Translations under genes and position numbers: made by a program
Assembly (NCBI GenBank): GCA_041191645.1
Contig: JBEEOK010000066.1
Coordinates: forward strand, 53,232 to 117,231
DNA length: 64,000 nt
Source: Actinomycetota bacterium
Lineage (GTDB): Bacteria; Actinomycetota; Actinomycetes; Actinomycetales; Microbacteriaceae
Reading direction: 5' to 3'
The notes under the pieces: model-generated
What the model was told of the DNA's origin: nothing
The model's database searches: none
Seen by the model: the letters and a program-made list of their open reading frames with translations, nothing else
Part shown: positions 40,349 to 52,855 of the stretch, piece after piece
How the letters are laid out: each line of letters begins with the position of its first letter
How positions within the stretch are numbered: position 1 is the stretch's first letter

Positions 40349-43066
40349 TTAGTGACCAGCTTGATCCCAGCTCTTACCAACACCGATTTGCACCTCGAGG
40401 GGTACTGACAGTTCAACCACGTGCGACATTTTGTCGGTGACCATACTTGTGAGGCGCTCAAGTTCACCGGGGGCAACCTCAAAGACCAATTCGTCGTGAA
40501 CCTGAAGCAACATTCGGCTTTGGTATCCATCTGCGGCAAGGGTTTCGGAAATTTGGTTCATAGCCAACTTCATGATGTCAGCGGCTGTGCCCTGAATTGG
40601 TGCGTTTAGGGCTGCGCGGCGGGCATTTTCTCGAACTTGGAACAATTTGCTGTTCAAGTCTTCGAATGGTCGGCGCCTTCCAAAAGTGGTGACAGTGAAA
40701 CCTTGAGTCTTAGCTTCGTCAACCACAGCTGCCAAATAGCGGCGTACTCCCCCAAATCGGGCAAAATAGTCAGCCATAAGTTGTTTAGCCTCACCATTTG
40801 GAATGCGAAGCTGCTTAGCCAGTCCGTATTCGCTGAGGCCATAGACCAAGCCGTAGCTCATAGCTTTAACTTTTGAACGCATTGCCGAAGTTACCTCTGA
40901 AGGTGCAACGCCAAAAATGCGCGCGCCAACAAATCGGTGAAGGTCCTCGCCGGTTCTAAAGGCTTCGATGATGCCCTCATCCTCAGACAGGTGGGCCATA
41001 ATTCGCATTTCAATCTGGGAATAGTCGGCGGTCAATAGGGTCTCAAACCCCTCACCCACAACGAACGCGTCGCGAATCTCACGGCCTCGTTCGCTCTTGA
41101 TTGGAATGTTTTGCAGGTTTGGGTTCTCTGATGAGAGGCGACCGGTCGAGGTTCCGGTTTGCACGTAGTTGGTGTGAATTCGACCATCGGCTGCAACCGA
41201 CTTGAGCATGGTCTCCACGATTTGGCGAATCTTCGTGACTTCGCGGTGCTCGAGCAGGCGCTCCAGGAATGGGTGCTGAGTTTGCTCGAATAGTTCGTTC
41301 AGTGCGGCAGCGTTGGTCGAGAAACCGGTCTTCACGGTCTTGGTGCCGGTCATGCCCAGCTCATCGAACAAAATCGTCTGCAATTGCTTTGGTGAAGCCA
41401 GGTTTACCTCACGACCGATGATTGCATAGGCGGCCTTGGCAATCTCAGCTACCTCCAACGACAATCTTTCGAATAGAGCCTCGAGCTTGGCCTTATCAAC
41501 GGCCACACCCAAGTGTTCCATCTGAGCCAATGAGCGCACTGTCGGTAGCTCAACCTCGGCGTAAACCCGCAACTGGTTTTGCTCTTCAAGAAGTTTGAAA
41601 AGCTTTGGGCTTAGCAAACTGGTCAAAAAGGCGTCCAAAGACACATCCGGAGCATCCTCGGCAATTAGCTGGTTTGGATCGGTGCGTTTTACGACCATAC
41701 CTAAGTACTCGAGGGCCAAATCATCAAGGCTAAAGTTCTTGGCCACCGGGTTCAGAAGGTAGGCCATCAGCAATGGGTCATAATCAATCCAGGTCGCTGG
41801 AATGCCCAGGTCTAGCAAACGTTTATTGATGTCTTTGGCACCGTGGAGAGCCTTGGCAATCGAAGAATCGTTGAGCCACTCCCCCAAAACAGCGTTGATT
41901 TCGCCCACACTGCTCGGGTGCCAAAAGCGCCGCTGCCCCTCGGTCGCAAAACCGATTGCAGAAATGCTTTCAGCCGTGAATTCAAATGCAACACCAATGG
42001 TGCCGTGCTCAGCTTTCAACCAATCAGTGAGCTCAGTGGCCGAAAGCTTTACAGAATCTGGAGTCTCGACCTCGTCGAAGACATCTGCCGGAGCGGCAAA
42101 AGCATCGTTGAATGCTTCGACCGCGCTCGAGGTTGCCCCGGCAGCGGAATTGGTGTGGCCGTTGGTTTGCGTGCCGTTTGCTCCGCGCAATTTGAGCACT
42201 CGTTCGGTTAGTGACTTGAACTGCAATTTGGCAAAAACTTCGCGAACCTGGGTTTCGTCAACTGAACCCAAAGCCAGGTCTTCATGAGCGAAATCAAAAT
42301 CCAGGTCTCGCACCAGGTGGTTCAGGCGACGATTTCTTACTGCCAACCCCTGGTGTTCCCGAAGGCTCTCGCCGACCTTGCCGGTAATCGAATTAGCTGC
42401 TGCTAAGACTCCGTTCAAGTCACCGTAAGCCTGCAACCACTTGGCCGCTGTTTTTGGTCCAACGCCTGGGATGCCAGGCAGGTTGTCTGAAGTCTCTCCA
42501 ACCAATGCCGCGAGATCTGGGTACTGTCTGGCATGGATTCCGTATTTTTCGAGCACGGCAGCGTCATCCATGCGGGCAAGATTTAGCACGCCCTTCACCG
42601 GGTACAAGATTGTGGTTCTTTCGCTGATTAGCTGAAAAGTATCCCGGTCACCAGAGACCACAAATACGTCAAAACCCTCTGCCGAACACTGATCCGCGAG
42701 GCTAGCCAGAATGTCATCAGCTTCATAGTTTGGCCTGGTGATAGTTCTAATGTTCATCGCAGCAAGGGCTTCTTGAAGCAGCTCAGTCTGGCCAACAAAT
42801 TCAGGCGGAGTCTCACCACGGGTGCCCTTGTATTCCGGGTATTCCTCTGTTCGGAAAGAGCTTCTTGACAGGTCAAAGGCAACGGCTAAGTGGGTTGGCT
42901 TCTCGGCCTGCAAAATGTTCAGCAACATTGAAATAAACCCGTGAACAGCATTGGTGTGCTGCCCATCTGAGGTCTTGAAGCTGTCTGGGCTTAGAGCGTA
43001 GAAAGCTCGGAAGGCCAATGAATGCCCATCGATAAGCAGAAGGGTAGGCTTTGGATTAGCGTTCAT
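40349..43066 (-). CDS. polA: DNA polymerase I
   Basis: IDGHSLAFRAF, EADD, TGRLSS..PNLQNIP, ADYSQIEMR, QVHDEL. Confidence 0.98.
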   Translation of the reverse strand: MNANPKPTLLLIDGHSLAFRAFYALSPDSFKTSDGQHTNAVHGFISMLLNILQAEKPTHLAVAFDLSRSSFRTEEYPEYKGTRGETPPEFVGQTELLQEALAAMNIRTITRPNYEADDILASLADQCSAEGFDVFVVSGDRDTFQLISERTTILYPVKGVLNLARMDDAAVLEKYGIHARQYPDLAALVGETSDNLPGIPGVGPKTAAKWLQAYGDLNGVLAAANSITGKVGESLREHQGLAVRNRRLNHLVRDLDFDFAHEDLALGSVDETQVREVFAKLQFKSLTERVLKLRGANGTQTNGHTNSAAGATSSAVEAFNDAFAAPADVFDEVETPDSVKLSATELTDWLKAEHGTIGVAFEFTAESISAIGFATEGQRRFWHPSSVGEINAVLGEWLNDSSIAKALHGAKDINKRLLDLGIPATWIDYDPLLMAYLLNPVAKNFSLDDLALEYLGMVVKRTDPNQLIAEDAPDVSLDAFLTSLLSPKLFKLLEEQNQLRVYAEVELPTVRSLAQMEHLGVAVDKAKLEALFERLSLEVAEIAKAAYAIIGREVNLASPKQLQTILFDELGMTGTKTVKTGFSTNAAALNELFEQTQHPFLERLLEHREVTKIRQIVETMLKSVAADGRIHTNYVQTGTSTGRLSSENPNLQNIPIKSERGREIRDAFVVGEGFETLLTADYSQIEMRIMAHLSEDEGIIEAFRTGEDLHRFVGARIFGVAPSEVTSAMRSKVKAMSYGLVYGLSEYGLAKQLRIPNGEAKQLMADYFARFGGVRRYLAAVVDEAKTQGFTVTTFGRRRPFEDLNSKLFQVRENARRAALNAPIQGTAADIMKLAMNQISETLAADGYQSRMLLQVHDELVFEVAPGELERLTSMVTDKMSHVVELSVPLEVQIGVGKSWDQAGH

Positions 43067-43110
43067 AAGGCAAGCCTACTTTGCCAATTCAGCCAGCCAA
43101 GGAGCATCAC

Positions 43111-43539
43111 GTGTCATTGGATTCAGAAAACTTTAGCCAAGCAGCGCAAGAGCTACTCCAACTACGCGGATTAGGTGCATTGGCCGACAAGATGGGCATT
43201 CAGTTGCTTGAGTTGTCTGCTGAAAGAGCCGTAGCGACTATGCCGGTTGAAGGTAACACCCAGCCGCTCGGTGTGCTACACGGAGGTGCCCACGTGGTAC
43301 TTGGTGAAAGCCTTGGCAGCTTTGCAGCTAATGTGTGGGCTCACCCAAATAAAGTTGCCATGGGCATTGAGGTAAATGCCAGCCATAGCCGCCCAGCAAC
43401 CACCGGTTTGGTCACAGCTGTGTGCACTGCAGTTAGTTTGGGAAAAACCCTAGCCACTCACGAAATAGTCATTTCAGACGAGCAGGGACGCCGTCTTTCG
43501 ACTGTGCGAATCACCAACTACTTGAAAGAGAAGAACTAG
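43111..43539 (+). CDS. PaaI/hotdog-fold thioesterase
   Basis: TMPVEGNTQP.G.LHGGA...L.E; GTG start at 43111 with AAGGAG SD. Confidence 0.88.
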   Translation: MSLDSENFSQAAQELLQLRGLGALADKMGIQLLELSAERAVATMPVEGNTQPLGVLHGGAHVVLGESLGSFAANVWAHPNKVAMGIEVNASHSRPATTGLVTAVCTAVSLGKTLATHEIVISDEQGRRLSTVRITNYLKEKN

Positions 43540-44135
43540 GCTCCAGCCTTTGGGGCACCTAGCTGTTCGATAACGGTGCTGGCAACCTCTTGCATCGTCA
43601 ACCTGCGGTCCATCGAGGCCTTTTGAATCCAACGGAAAGCATCTGGCTCAGACAGGCCCATTTTCTCGTTGAGAAGACCCTTGGCGCGATCAACCAGTTT
43701 TCGGGTTTCAAATCTCTCGTTCAGATCGGCAATTTCACTCTCAAGAGCCGTGATCTGTGCGTGGCGACTCAGTGCAATTTCAATCGCCGGCAGTAGGTCG
43801 TTTGGTGTGAAAGGCTTCACAACGTAGGCCATGGCACCGGCCTCGCTGGCCCGGTCAACGAGTTCTTTCTGGCTAAAAGCGGTCAGTAGAACAATTGGCA
43901 CTTTTGCATCGGCCAACTGCTCGGCCGCGGTGATGCCGTCCATGTTCGGCATCTTGATGTCCATAACCAAAAGATCAGGTTTGTGTTCTCTGACAAGTTC
44001 TACAGCTTGTGCACCGTCTCCGGCCTCGGCAAGCACCTCAAAGCCGTGTTCGATCAGGGTTTCAACGATGTCCATACGAATCAAAGACTCGTCTTCGGCA
44101 ACGATTACTGTGCGCTTCTTTGCTGCGTCTGTCAT
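43536..44135 (-). CDS. pdtaR: ANTAR-domain response regulator (PdtaR/Rv1626-like)
   Basis: REC domain (AEDE, MDIKMP, KPF) plus ANTAR domain (RK.VDRAKG.L...EPDAFRWIQK.SMDRR). Confidence 0.9.
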   Translation of the reverse strand: MTDAAKKRTVIVAEDESLIRMDIVETLIEHGFEVLAEAGDGAQAVELVREHKPDLLVMDIKMPNMDGITAAEQLADAKVPIVLLTAFSQKELVDRASEAGAMAYVVKPFTPNDLLPAIEIALSRHAQITALESEIADLNERFETRKLVDRAKGLLNEKMGLSEPDAFRWIQKASMDRRLTMQEVASTVIEQLGAPKAGA

Positions 44136-44209
44136 GGCAACTACCCTATGTGAAAACTCTGAGTTTCATGAACTTCGATTTCTTCAGGTAGTATTTTCTT
44201 TTGTTGCCG

Positions 44210-44290
44210 GCCGAAGTGGCGAAATGGCAGACGCGGAGCACTCAAAATGCTTTTCCGAAAGGAGTGCGGGTTCAAGTCCCGCCTTCGGCA
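44210..44290 (+). tRNA. tRNA-Leu(CAA), CCA not encoded
   Basis: Acceptor GCCGAAG/CTTCGGC, anticodon arm GAGCA-CTCAAAA-TGCTT, long variable arm, T arm GCGGG-TTCAAGT-CCCGC. Confidence 0.95.
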
Positions 44291-44292
44291 CA

Positions 44293-44336
44293 AAAAAGTA
44301 AATCCCTCAGGAGTTTTCCTGAGGGATTTACTTTTT
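44293..44336. terminator. Bidirectional terminator (tRNA-Leu/pyk)
   Basis: AAAAAGTAAATCCCTCAGGA-GTTT-TCCTGAGGGATTTACTTTTT, 20-bp perfect stem. Confidence 0.85.
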
Positions 44337-44352
44337 GTCTTTTTAGCCGGGA

Positions 44353-45798
44353 CTACTTGCTCTGGTAACCCGGTGCTGCACCGTTTACAGCATCGCCTAC
44401 GCGGTGAACGCGTAGCGAGTTGGTTGATCCTGGAATGCCTGGTGGGGTTCCAGCTACTACAACAACTTCCTCGCCAACCTTGGCTAGCTTTTCGGCAATC
44501 ACAATCTCGTCAACCTGGTGCATCATTTCATCGGTGTGCTTGACCGGTGACACAAGGTAAGTGTGCGCACCCCAAACCAATGACATGCGGTTGCGCACGG
44601 TCTCACTTGGAGTGAAAGCGATGGTTGGCACTGATGAACGTAGGCGCGAGACGCGGCGTAGCGAGTCACCAGACTCGGTGAAAACGCAAACGTACTTCGA
44701 GCCCAAAAGCTCAGCAATCTCGATTGCTGCAAGTGATACAGCGCCTGAGTGGGTGTGTGGGCGGGTGCCCAGGGCTGGAATGCGGTCTAGGCCGTTCTCT
44801 TCAGTTGACTCAATAATGCGAGCCATAGCCTCTACGGTTTCAACCGGCCACTTGCCAACTGAGGTCTCGCCAGAAAGCATTACTGCGTCGGCACCGTCAA
44901 GAATTGCGTTGGCAACGTCTGAGGCCTCTGCGCGAGTTGGTCTTGAGTTCTCGATCATGGTCTCAAGCATTTGAGTCGCCACGATAACCGGCTTTGCCCA
45001 ACGGCGGGCCAATTCAACGGCACGCTTCTGCACTAGTGGCACGTCTTCGAATGGAAGCTCAACACCAAGGTCACCGCGGGCAACCATGATGCCGTCAAAG
45101 GCATCGATGATCTCTTCGAGAGCGTCAACTGCCTGTGGCTTCTCGATCTTGGCGATTACTGGAAGGAACTTGCCCTCTTCGGTCATGATTTCGTGGACAC
45201 GAACAATGTCGCTGGCGTTACGAACGAAAGAAAGCGCAATCATATCTACGCCCAGACGAATTGCCCAGCGAAGGTCTTCTTCATCTTTGTCAGATAGTGC
45301 AGGCACGTTCACGGCAACACCAGGAAGGTTGATTCCCTTGTTGTTTGAAACAAAGCCAGGCACGTCAACCACAGTGGTGACGGTGTCTTCGGTAACCTCG
45401 GTGGCGCGAAGAGTAACCTTACCGTCGTCGATAAGAAGTAGGTCACCAGGCTTTACGTCGCCGCATAGGCCCTTGAAGGTGGTGCCACAGATCTCTTTGG
45501 TGCCCTCAACCTCATTAATGGTGATCTTGAAGGTGTCGCCCTTCTCAAGCATGTGTGGGCCATCTACAAAGCGGGCCAGACGAATCTTTGGGCCCTGTAG
45601 GTCAACGAATACGCCGACTGGCTTGTCTAGGTCAGCTGCCGCCTTGCGAACGGTGCGGTAAATCTCTTCGTGAACGTCGTAGCTACCGTGGCTAAGGTTC
45701 ATGCGGGCAACGTCGACACCCGCTTCGATGATCGCGCGAATCGATTCATAGGTTGAAGTTGCTGGACCGAGGGTGGCAACAATTTTTGCGCGTCTCAT
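44353..45798 (-). CDS. pyk: Pyruvate kinase
   Basis: KIVATLGPA, DLQGPKIR, AKIEK, MVARGDLGVE, MLSGET. Confidence 0.98.
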   Translation of the reverse strand: MRRAKIVATLGPATSTYESIRAIIEAGVDVARMNLSHGSYDVHEEIYRTVRKAAADLDKPVGVFVDLQGPKIRLARFVDGPHMLEKGDTFKITINEVEGTKEICGTTFKGLCGDVKPGDLLLIDDGKVTLRATEVTEDTVTTVVDVPGFVSNNKGINLPGVAVNVPALSDKDEEDLRWAIRLGVDMIALSFVRNASDIVRVHEIMTEEGKFLPVIAKIEKPQAVDALEEIIDAFDGIMVARGDLGVELPFEDVPLVQKRAVELARRWAKPVIVATQMLETMIENSRPTRAEASDVANAILDGADAVMLSGETSVGKWPVETVEAMARIIESTEENGLDRIPALGTRPHTHSGAVSLAAIEIAELLGSKYVCVFTESGDSLRRVSRLRSSVPTIAFTPSETVRNRMSLVWGAHTYLVSPVKHTDEMMHQVDEIVIAEKLAKVGEEVVVVAGTPPGIPGSTNSLRVHRVGDAVNGAAPGYQSK

Positions 45799-45825
45799 GG
45801 GTACCTTTTCTTATTTTTGTTTTTA

Positions 45826-47278
<1,453 letters not shown>

Positions 47279-47286
<8 letters not shown>

Positions 47287-50200
47287 TTGTGACCTCCAAG
47301 ATTTCTTTCCAAACAGTTTCGCTGTCTGGGTCAATGCCGTTTGCAGTTGCCTTGGCGCGAATTGAAAGCACGTTGGCGTAGTCACGTGGAAGTACACGAG
47401 TAAAGTGCTCTGACTCCAAGTCAAAGTTGTCAAGAATGGCCTTGGCCACACTAGAAGAGGTTTCGGCAAAGTGCTGCTCGAGAATTCCCTTGAGCTTGGC
47501 TTTGTCGGCTGCCTCAAGCGGTTCAAGAGTCAGCTCTCCAGCGGCAAGTGCGTCATGGTTCACGTGGTCGGCGCGCAACTTGTGGATGTACGCGACACCA
47601 CCTGACATACCAGCGCCCAGGTTGCGGCCAGTCTTCCCAAGGATTACTGCCACACCACCGGTCATGTATTCGAGTGCGTGGTCACCACAACCCTCGGCAA
47701 CAGCGGTTACACCAGAGTTACGAACCAAGAAGCGCTCTCCCACAATTCCATTGAGGAACATGGAACCACTGGTTGCACCATAGCCAATTACGTTACCGGC
47801 AATAATGTTTTGCTCAGCGGCGAAAAGGCTGGACTTGCTTGGGTGAACCACAATCGAGCCACCTGAAAGCCCCTTCCCGACGTAGTCGTTTGAGTCGCCT
47901 TCGAGGGTTAGCTTGATGCCCTTTGGAACGAAAGCACCGAACGACTGGCCGGCAGAGCCCTTCAAGCGAATGTCGATGGTTGCGGTTGGCAAACCGTCGG
48001 CTGCATAACGCTTGGTCAGCTCGTTGCCCAGCATGGTACCCACTGCCTGATCAACGTTGGTGATGTCAAGCTCAATGGTCACTGGCTTTGCATTTTCAAG
48101 CGCATCAGTGGCAGCAGCGATCAGCTTGTGGTCAAAGTGCTTTTCAAGTTCGTGATCTTGAACAGTGATGCGGCGGCGCGCTGCACCCTCAGCCAAAACC
48201 GGCGTGGCAAGAATTGGGGTCAGGTCCAAACCATCGGTCTTCCAGTGCTGAATTGCACGGTTGACATCGATTAGCTCGCTGTGACCGATTGCCTCGTCCA
48301 ATGAACGGAAACCAAGTGCAGCAAGGTATTCGCGCACTTCCTCAGCCAAGAATTCGAAGAAGTTGACCACGAACTCTGGCTTGCCGGTGAAACGTGAACG
48401 CAAGGTTGGGTTCTGAGTTGCCACACCGACTGGGCAGGTGTCAAGGTGGCATACGCGCATCAAGATGCAGCCCTCAACCACTAGCGGTGCGGTAGCAAAA
48501 CCAAACTCTTCTGCGCCAAGGAGCGCTGCGATAACAACGTCGCGGCCAGTCTTCATTTGGCCGTCAACCTGCACTGAAACTCGGTCACGAAGGCCGTTGA
48601 CCAACAGGGTCTGCTGTGCTTCGGCTAAGCCAAGCTCCCAAGGGGTTCCCGCATGCTTCAGCGAGTTCATTGGGCTGGCGCCAGTACCACCGTCGTGTCC
48701 TGAAACTAGGATCACGTCAGCCTTAGCCTTTGCCACACCGGCGGCAACGGTTCCGATTCCCACCTGTGAAACCAACTTGACGTGTACTCGAGCGTCGCGG
48801 TTCGCGCGCTTGACGTCGAAGATCAACTGCTTTAGGTCTTCGATCGAGTAGATGTCGTGGTGCGGTGGAGGCGAAATCAGGCCAACACCCGGGGTCGAGT
48901 GGCGGGTCTTCGCGATCCATGGGTAAACCTTGTTAGGCGGCAACTGGCCACCCTCACCTGGCTTAGCACCCTGAGCCATCTTGATTTGGATGTCGTCAGC
49001 GTGGGTTAGGTACATGCTGGTGACACCAAAACGGCCTGAGGCAACTTGCTTCACTGCAGAACGTCGAGTCGGGTCAAGCAGACGCTCAACGTCCTCCCCA
49101 CCCTCACCGGTGTTTGACTTGCCACCAAGTTGGTTCATGGCAATTGCCAAAGTTTCGTGAGCCTCTGGAGAGATTGAACCGTATGACATGGCACCGGTTG
49201 AGAATCGCTTTACAATCTCAGAAATTGGCTCAACTTCATCGATAGAGATAGCTGGACGAACGCCCTCTCGAAGAGTGAACAAACCACGCAGAGTCATTAG
49301 GCCCTCAGCCTGGTCGTCTACTGCTTTGGTGTATTCGCGGAAGATGTCGTAGCGCTTGTTGCGCGTCGAGTGCTGAAGCTTGAACACAGTTTCAGGGTTG
49401 AAAAGGTGTGGTGGTCCCTCGCGGCGCCACTGGTACTCGCCACCAGTCTCTAGAGAAACATGTGGGTTTACTGCCTCATCAATTGGGTAGGCGCTAGCGT
49501 GACGCTTGCTGTTTTCATCAGCAATCACATCGATGTCGATGCCACCAAGCTGGCTAACTGTGCCGGTGAAGTAGGCGTCTACGAACTCTTGGCTCAAACC
49601 AATTGCTTCAAAGCACTGGGCGCCCGAGTAAGAAGAAACGGTAGAAATACCCATCTTCGACATAATCTTGAGAACACCCTTGCCGAGTGCCTTAACCAGG
49701 TTGTACTGAGCCTTCTCAATGGTTAGGCCAGCAATCTGGCCGTTCTTGACCATCTGCTCGACTGACTCGAGGGCAAGGTAAGGGTTTACGGCAGCGGCGC
49801 CGTAACCGATCAATGCAGCAACGTGGTGTACCTCACGGACATCCCCGGCTTCAACAACCAAACCAACCTTAGGGCGCTGACCCTTGCGGATTAGGTAGTG
49901 GTGAACGGCTGAGGTAAGTAGCAGCGAAGGAATCGGTGCCATTTCACGGTTGCTGTCACGGTCAGAAATAACCAGATAGGTTGCGCCGTCGTTGATGGCC
50001 TCTGAAACTTCTTCACAGATTTCACGAACACGTGCTGCTAGTGCACCAGAGCCGTCTGACACACGGTAGGTTCCCTGAACTGTGAAGGCCTTGCCCACGC
50101 CAGGGCGCTCATCAATGTGCTGAATCTTGGCCAGTTCGTCGTTGGTAAGAACTGGGAACTCAACGGTGATCTGCTGTGCGTGCTTAGGGGTGGCGGTCAG

Positions 50201-51832
50201 CAGGTTAAGCTCTGGACCAATTCCGGTGCTAAGTGAGGTAACCACTTCTTCACGGATCGAATCAAGAGGTGGGTTGGTAACCTGCGCAAACTGCTGCACG
50301 AAGTAGTCAAAAAGAACGCGAGGACGCTGGGCAATCGCTGCGATTGGAGTGTCTGAACCCATGGCGCCGAGTGGCTCAGCGCCGGTGCGTGCCATAGGCG
50401 CAACCAAGATGCGCAACTCTTCCTCGGTGTAGCCGAATGTGCGCTGGCGGCGGGTTACCGATGACACGGTGTGGGCAATGTGCTCACGCTCTGGAAGCTC
50501 TGAAAGCTTGATGCGGTTCTGCTCAACCCACTCGCCCCAAGGCTCTAGTGCTGCGATTTCGGCCTTGATTTCATCGTCGTCAATCAGGCGGCCATTGACA
50601 GTGTCAGCCAAGAACATGCGGCCAGGCTGCAGGCGACCTTTGCGCACAACCTTGCTTGGATCAATGTCGACCACGCCAATTTCAGAGGCCAAAACTACAA
50701 GGCCGTCATCGGTGATTAGGTAGCGGCCCGGGCGCAAACCGTTGCGGTCAAGGGTTGCGCCAACTAGTGCGCCATCGGTGAAGACCACCGCGGCAGGGCC
50801 ATCCCATGGCTCCATCAGCATCGAGTGGTACTCGTAGAAATTCTTACGGTTAGCCTCGATGTCTGACTGCTTCTCCCAAGCCTCTGGGATCATCATCATC
50901 ATTGCGTGTGGAAGGCTTCTGCCCGACATGTAAAGAAGCTCCACGACCTCGTCAAATGAAGCCGAGTCGCTGCCGCTTGGGGTGACAATTGGTCGCAACT
51001 GCTCAAAGTCACCGATTAGGTCAGAGGCAAGTTGGGCCTCGCGTGAGCGCATCCAGTTGCGGTTTCCCTTGACGGTGTTGATCTCACCGTTGTGTGCAAT
51101 CATGCGGAATGGGTGCGCCAATGGCCATGACGGGAAAGTGTTGGTTGAGAAGCGTGAGTGAACCAATGCCAAGGTTGACTCAAAACGCTCGTCACTTAGG
51201 TCTGGGTAGAACGGCTCAAGCTGGAGGGTGGTAACCATGCCCTTGTACACGATGGTCTTAGCTGAAAGCGATGGGTGGTAGGCGCCAAGCTGACGCTCTG
51301 ACCGCTTGCGAAGGCGGAATAGTCGACGCTCTAGAGCCATATCGGTGGCACCGTCGTTTGAGGTGACAAAAACCTGGCGAATGGTAGGCATTGCTTCGCG
51401 AGCTAGGTCACCCAAAACAGCTGGGTTAACCGGTACATCGCGCCAACCCAGCACTGAGAGTGACTCTTCGGCTGCGATGTTGGCAAAACCAACTTCGATA
51501 GCCTGCTCGCTGCCTGGTTCGATGAAAACCAAACCTGCGCCGTAAGTGCCCTTGGCAGGTAGTTCGAAACCGGAAACTGCACGAAGGAATGCGTCTGGAA
51601 TTTGAGAAAGGATACCGGCACCGTCACCGGTGCCTGCGTCTGAACCCACGGCACCACGGTGCTCGAGGTTGGTTAGAGCGGTTAGAGCTGTCTGAACAAT
51701 GTCGTGTCCTGGCGTACCGCGAAGGGTAGCCACCATAGCAAGACCACAAGCGTCGCGGTCAAAAGATGGGTCGTAAAGACCAGAAGCTGCAGGTGCAGTA
51801 CTGAATCGTTCGAACGGCGACATTTCAGGCAT
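47279..51832 (-). CDS. gltB: Glutamate synthase large subunit
   Basis: [44 protein letters not shown]; ATG 51832 has a GGAG SD. Confidence 0.97.
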
Positions 51833-51952
51833 GCCACACTCCAATCACTAATTATTAGAGGGACAACATTGGCCCGAAGGTGAATACGCTATTGCAAGTT
51901 GATTTGAAACGTCACGCTTTTGGCTGTTTCAGGCGCCTGTTAGTGGGCGCGG

Positions 51953-52843
51953 TTAGTCCTTTGAGTCTACCGCATCCACAGGCTTTGCGGCTGCTTTTTT
52001 GGGCGCTGTCTCATCGACAACGGTTAGCTCCAAGCCTGGGTGTCTACGGCCCTGAACATAGAAAATCGCTAGTCCAACCACGATGCCAAACACCGCAGAC
52101 CAAACATTAGTTCGTAGGCCAAGAATGACATCACTCGGGTCAATGCGAATTGATTCGATCCAAACACGGCCGATTGAGTAAATGACTAGGTAAAGGCCGA
52201 ATAGCTTGCCCCAGCGAAGCGCGAACTTCTTGTCAAGAATCAACAGCACCGCCACGCCAACCAGGGACCACAAAGATTCGTAGAGGAAGGTTGGGTGGAA
52301 TAGCTCACCTGCAGGCAATCCCACCGGGTAGGCAGCATTTGTTACGTCGATTTCAAGACCCCAAGGCAGTGTGGTTGGCACTCCGAAAAGCTCTTGATTG
52401 AAGTAGTTTCCCCAACGGCCAATTGCCTGAGCGAGCAAAATTCCTGGGGCCACCGCGTCTGCGAAGGACCAGAACTTGATACCGGCCTGGCGGGCACCAA
52501 TCCAGGCACCAGCCGCACCACCGATTAGGCCGCCATAGATGGCAATGCCGCCCTCCCAAACTCTGAAGATGGCCAGTAGGTCAGCGCCCGGGTAGAAATA
52601 GTCACCGGTATGGGTAATAACGTGGAAGATTCGAGCACCAACGATGGCCAAAGGCACGGTCCATAGAGCGATGTCCAGGGCCAAACCAGACTCGGCGCCA
52701 CGCTTAGCTAGGCGGCGGTCCGCGATCAGGATGGCTAGGGCAATGCCAGCCAAGATGAAAAGAGCATAGAAGTGAATCTTGAATGGACCAAGCTCAATAA
52801 AACTGATGTCAGGCGATGGAATGCTGCTGATCAGATGAAACAA
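51953..52843 (-). CDS. lgt: Prolipoprotein diacylglyceryl transferase
   Basis: GARI.HV, GG.AIYGG, QAIGRWGNYFNQE, HPTFLYE. Confidence 0.95.
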   Translation of the reverse strand: MFHLISSIPSPDISFIELGPFKIHFYALFILAGIALAILIADRRLAKRGAESGLALDIALWTVPLAIVGARIFHVITHTGDYFYPGADLLAIFRVWEGGIAIYGGLIGGAAGAWIGARQAGIKFWSFADAVAPGILLAQAIGRWGNYFNQELFGVPTTLPWGLEIDVTNAAYPVGLPAGELFHPTFLYESLWSLVGVAVLLILDKKFALRWGKLFGLYLVIYSIGRVWIESIRIDPSDVILGLRTNVWSAVFGIVVGLAIFYVQGRRHPGLELTVVDETAPKKAAAKPVDAVDSKD

Positions 52844-52855
52844 CGAGATACCTGC

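Noticed and set aside
42050-42190. Low-complexity insertion in PolA (GANGTQTNGHTNSAAGATSS)
   Set aside because: It falls in the variable linker between the 5' nuclease and Klenow domains, is in frame, and shows no repeats.
44210-44340. tRNA-Leu as an integration site, and its missing CCA
   Set aside because: No integrase, duplicated 3' end or foreign DNA follows. Non-encoded CCA is common in Actinobacteria.
45086-45661. Long antisense ORFs (191 aa opposite pyk; similar ones opposite whiA, rapZ, polA, trpB, rpsA)
   Set aside because: They lie entirely opposite well-conserved genes, have Ser/Arg/Pro/Thr-rich shadow composition, and show no recognisable motifs.
47287-47526. Apparent long N-terminal extensions and overlaps in the ORF track (gltD, whiA, uvrB, trpB, ctaB, rsmB, rpmE2)
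   Set aside because: Artefacts of longest-ORF calling; downstream starts match the family N-termini.
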